The position numbers and the translations under genes are program-made. The notes under the pieces are model-generated. The model had not been told where the DNA came from, made no database searches, and was given only the letters and a program-made list of their open reading frames with translations. From Candidatus Nomurabacteria bacterium (lineage in GTDB: Bacteria > Patescibacteriota > Minisyncoccia > Phycocordibacterales > UBA9973), in NCBI GenBank assembly GCA_026395895.1, contig JAPLXV010000022.1:1-52934 (forward strand): a stretch of 52,934 bases of DNA. The letters run 5' to 3'. Shown here one piece after another: positions 50,204 through 52,934 of the stretch (positions within the stretch are counted from its first letter, which is position 1; the number at the start of each line of letters is the position of its first letter).

Positions 50204-50563
50204 ATGCCTTCAGACAAATTAATTAAAAAAGAAATAGAAAAACCAAGAAAAGAACTGGTAGATTTCAGAAAAGAAATAACCGGTTATATTAATGGCTATA
50301 AAAGTGGAAGAATAACCGGCACTATGTATGACCTTTCTTTAATTGAGAATGTTGATGAACTCATAGGAGAAGACCTTGATATGTGGAAAAAATTAGAAAA
50401 TTACAAAACAAATCCAATTTCTGAAAGAGACCTAGATATTTATCAAAATCATGTAAAAACTTCGAAAAGTTTATCAAGAGACAACTTTCGTGCATATATT
50501 ATACAAAAAATAACCGCATTTTCTTCGTTAGATATGAATACTGAAGAAAAAAGAAAACTATGA
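50204..50563 (+). CDS. Hypothetical protein
   Basis: 119-aa ORF; TGnTATAAT 6 nt before ATG; overlaps next gene by 4 nt. Confidence 0.65.
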   Translation: MPSDKLIKKEIEKPRKELVDFRKEITGYINGYKSGRITGTMYDLSLIENVDELIGEDLDMWKKLENYKTNPISERDLDIYQNHVKTSKSLSRDNFRAYIIQKITAFSSLDMNTEEKRKL

Positions 50564-50949
50564 TCAGAAACGTAAACAAAGAACATAAAGCAAAATTAAA
50601 TACACTTGATAAAGTGGCAATTTTTATTACCAAAGTTGTTGGCACTATGTGGTGCGCCATCGCTTTTACTATTTTGGCTTTGATTAGTTTACCGGAAGCA
50701 TTAAGTAATGGAACAGCCACCACTATTTCTTGGATTGCCCAAACGTTTTTGCAGTTAGTGTTATTGTCTATCATTATGGTCGGGCAAAATCTTCAAAGCA
50801 AACATTCAGAGCTCCGAGCCGAAGCAGATTATGAAACTGATATGGATGCAAAAAAAGATGTTGAAAATTTATTGAAACGTCTTGATGACATAGAACAAAA
50901 TAAGCTCGATAAAATAATAAAAATTTTAGAAGATGCAAGAAATAAATAA
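50560..50949 (+). CDS. DUF1003-like membrane protein
   Basis: DKVA..IT..VGTM, two TMs, IIMVGQN, A..DY. Confidence 0.75.
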   Translation: MIRNVNKEHKAKLNTLDKVAIFITKVVGTMWCAIAFTILALISLPEALSNGTATTISWIAQTFLQLVLLSIIMVGQNLQSKHSELRAEADYETDMDAKKDVENLLKRLDDIEQNKLDKIIKILEDARNK

Positions 50950-51472
50950 AGATATTCTAATTCGTGCCCAAAAAGGGGATTTAAATGCATTCGAATATAT
51001 TTTATCTTTTTATGAAAAAGCTATTTTTAACTATTGCTTGCGAATAACGAAAAACCCACAAGAAGCAAAAGATATAACTCAAGAGACTTTCATAAAAGTA
51101 TATTCACATCGTAAATCAATTGACCCAGAAAAGAAAATAAAAACTTGGATATTTACCATTGCCACCAATACAACTTATGATTTTTTAAGGAGCAAAAAAC
51201 GAAAAAACGAAACAAGCCTAGACGAAGAAAATGAAACAATTCCTAATTTTGAAGCGTATTATCCAGAAGAGGGTTTAGTTTCTGATGTAGAGAAAGCTTT
51301 AAAAAAGATAAACCCGGAATACAAAAAGGCACTTTTGCTGTTTTATCAACAAGGTTTTAAGTACGAAGAAATAGCTGAAATACTTCTAATGCCTATTAAT
51401 ACAGTGAAGACTCATATCAGCAGAGGGAAGGAAGAATTAAAAGAATTATTAAAAGAATATGGAAAAAATTGA
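50933..51472 (+). CDS. ECF RNA polymerase sigma factor
   Basis: sigma2 (A.DI.QE.FIK, TWIF.IA.N...D..R) and sigma4 (YEEIAEIL..PINTVKT.I.RG). Confidence 0.93.
   Translation: MQEINKDILIRAQKGDLNAFEYILSFYEKAIFNYCLRITKNPQEAKDITQETFIKVYSHRKSIDPEKKIKTWIFTIATNTTYDFLRSKKRKNETSLDEENETIPNFEAYYPEEGLVSDVEKALKKINPEYKKALLLFYQQGFKYEEIAEILLMPINTVKTHISRGKEELKELLKEYGKN
51232..51261 (+). promoter_or_regulatory. Putative ECF promoter inside the sigma gene
   Basis: TGAAAC-17 nt-CGTATTA; same architecture as 51830-51859. Confidence 0.6.
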
Positions 51473-51860
51473 CGAACAACTAAATAATTTATCACTGATA
51501 GAAATTCCGGTTGGAATGCATCAATCTATAATGCATAAGGTTAATTATAAACGTATAAAACCAATACTTTTTTCAGTCTTAGGTTTGCTTGTACTTAATT
51601 TTTTTATAATCGCTTGGCACATAAATGGTAAATTAGTTAATGCAGAATTTAGTGATATGATGAAAGATTTCTTTGAAACTTTTGATTTGAGTTTTTATTT
51701 TGTTGGTACTATTCTAGGAAGTTTCTTTGAGATAGTTTCTCCGGCTATTGTTTTATCTTTGCTACTTAATTTAGGTGGAGCAATCTATGTTGGAAAGAAA
51801 ATTAGGGCGTCAAAAAAAGAATTGGTTTTTGAAACAAATCGACTACCTGTGGCGTATTAG
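51459..51860 (+). CDS. Putative membrane anti-sigma factor
   Basis: Overlaps the sigma stop; short cytoplasmic N-terminus (L...EIP.G....IM) and TM helices. Confidence 0.7.
   Translation: MEKIDEQLNNLSLIEIPVGMHQSIMHKVNYKRIKPILFSVLGLLVLNFFIIAWHINGKLVNAEFSDMMKDFFETFDLSFYFVGTILGSFFEIVSPAIVLSLLLNLGGAIYVGKKIRASKKELVFETNRLPVAY
51830..51859 (+). promoter_or_regulatory. Putative ECF promoter upstream of secreted protein gene
   Basis: TGAAAC-17 nt-CGTATTA, similar to the Bacillus SigW/SigM consensus, about 45 nt before the ATG at 51906. Confidence 0.65.
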
Positions 51861-51905
51861 AGGTAAGGTCGAATTAATACTAATTAATACTAAACTAAAA
51901 TTTAT

Positions 51906-52325
51906 ATGATAAACAAAATGAAATTCATTCTCCCAGTTTTAGCTCTTGGTCTTATGTTCAGTTCAACAGCTTTTGCTCAAACAACTTCAACATCAGATAC
52001 AAGTGGAGGTGCTAGCAGTACAACAACTTCAACTGTTTCTGCTAGAAAATCGTGTTTAGCTGATGCTAAAACTGCTCGTGTTGCCGCTGTAAAAGCAACC
52101 CAAGATGCATACAAGGCCGCTAATTTAGCCGCTAAAACAGCAAAAGCTTCTGCTCTTAAAGATGCAAAAGCTCTTACTAATAAAAAAGCTATGTCCGTTG
52201 CAATAAAAGCAGCTAACACCGCTTATAAATCAGCTGTAAAAGATAATGCTAAAACTCAAACAGCCACAGTAAAAGCAGCTTGGAGTGCTTACACAACAGC
52301 TGTAAAAGCTTGTCCTAAAAAATAA
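51906..52325 (+). CDS. Secreted Ala/Lys-rich helical protein
   Basis: Signal peptide (AFA|Q), Ser/Thr linker, two Cys bracketing an Ala/Lys helix. Confidence 0.8.
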   Translation: MINKMKFILPVLALGLMFSSTAFAQTTSTSDTSGGASSTTTSTVSARKSCLADAKTARVAAVKATQDAYKAANLAAKTAKASALKDAKALTNKKAMSVAIKAANTAYKSAVKDNAKTQTATVKAAWSAYTTAVKACPKK

Positions 52326-52341
52326 TTATTAACAATAATTT

Positions 52342-52374
52342 ATAAAAGACACCACTTTCGACGTGGTGTTTTTT
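52342..52374 (+). terminator. Intrinsic terminator
   Basis: acaccac-tttcgac-gtggtgt followed by T run. Confidence 0.75.
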
Positions 52375-52430
52375 ATATTATTCTTGTCAAACTCTTTATT
52401 TTTGGCACTATTTATGTTATATTGCATTTT

Positions 52431-52934
52431 ATGCAATCATTTTTAAGTAAAGTGCCAAAATTTTTTAAATCTAAATGGACGCTCGGAGCAATAGTATTGA
52501 TTATTCTTGGAGTAGGTGGATATTTTCTCTTTCATAAAAATCCAACATATCAATTTGTAACTGTACAAAATGGTTCTATCACTGAATCGGTTTCTCTGAC
52601 TGGCAATACTATACCCAATCAAAATGTCTCTCTGGCATTCGGTAGCAGCGGCATTGTTTCTCACACTTATTCCGATCTTGGAAAGCAAGTGAACAAAGGA
52701 CAAGTATTGGCGGAATTAAATATGAGTGATCTTTTGGCGCAATTGCACAATGCCCAAGCCAACTATCAAAAAATTATAAATGGTGCGACAGAACCAACTA
52801 TTGATGTTACCAAAGCTTCAGTAAGCGCTGCAGAAGTTAGTCTTGATGGAATAATCAAACAACAAAAATTACTTGTGCAAAATGCATACAATAATCTTCT
52901 TAATTCCACACCCGAAGCATTACCAAGCGGGGGA
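52431..52934 (+). CDS. Efflux periplasmic adaptor (HlyD/MacA family), truncated by window end
   Basis: MQSFLSK...TM...V..GSI.E.VS.TG, L.F..SG.V, G..V.KGQ.LA.L lipoyl-like motif; frame open to the end. Confidence 0.85.
   Translation, partial: MQSFLSKVPKFFKSKWTLGAIVLIILGVGGYFLFHKNPTYQFVTVQNGSITESVSLTGNTIPNQNVSLAFGSSGIVSHTYSDLGKQVNKGQVLAELNMSDLLAQLHNAQANYQKIINGATEPTIDVTKASVSAAEVSLDGIIKQQKLLVQNAYNNLLNSTPEALPSGG

Overview
A low-GC, gene-dense chromosomal segment of a genome-reduced bacterium, most likely Patescibacteria/CPR (Parcubacteria-like). This is inferred from gene content, shortened core proteins and promoter style. The standard code 11 fits (TGA used as stop, tRNA-Trp CCA). The window opens with the 3' end of an IS30 element and is mostly housekeeping: obgE, gatB, fba, rplY, rpmE, prfA, a complete F1Fo ATP synthase operon, rsmI, a degenerate priA, mreB, frr, rseP, ddl, alr, rpmG, miaA, murA, parB, relA/spoT, topA, dprA, serS, dus, dnaX, folD, five tRNAs and an ECF sigma/anti-sigma module. 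No rRNA, CRISPR or prophage was seen. The unexplained structure lies at small scale. (1) GC-rich palindromic elements occur both between genes and in frame inside essential genes (gatB x2, atpG x2, topA x2, rsmI, priA, rplY, miaA, dus, an oxidoreductase); many are inverted doublets of an A(A/G)G-N5-C(C/T)T unit. (2) Integrase-less cargo islets duplicate the ends of essential genes (prfA 3' end, atpG start), and a tRNA-Ile 5' half is also duplicated. (3) An ECF sigma gene carries an ECF-type promoter motif in its own coding sequence, and a Bro-N gene encodes a perfect palindrome in its DNA-binding domain. (4) Core genes look leaderless, while ORFans carry full promoter/SD/terminator cassettes, and three CDSs start 1-5 nt after a tRNA.
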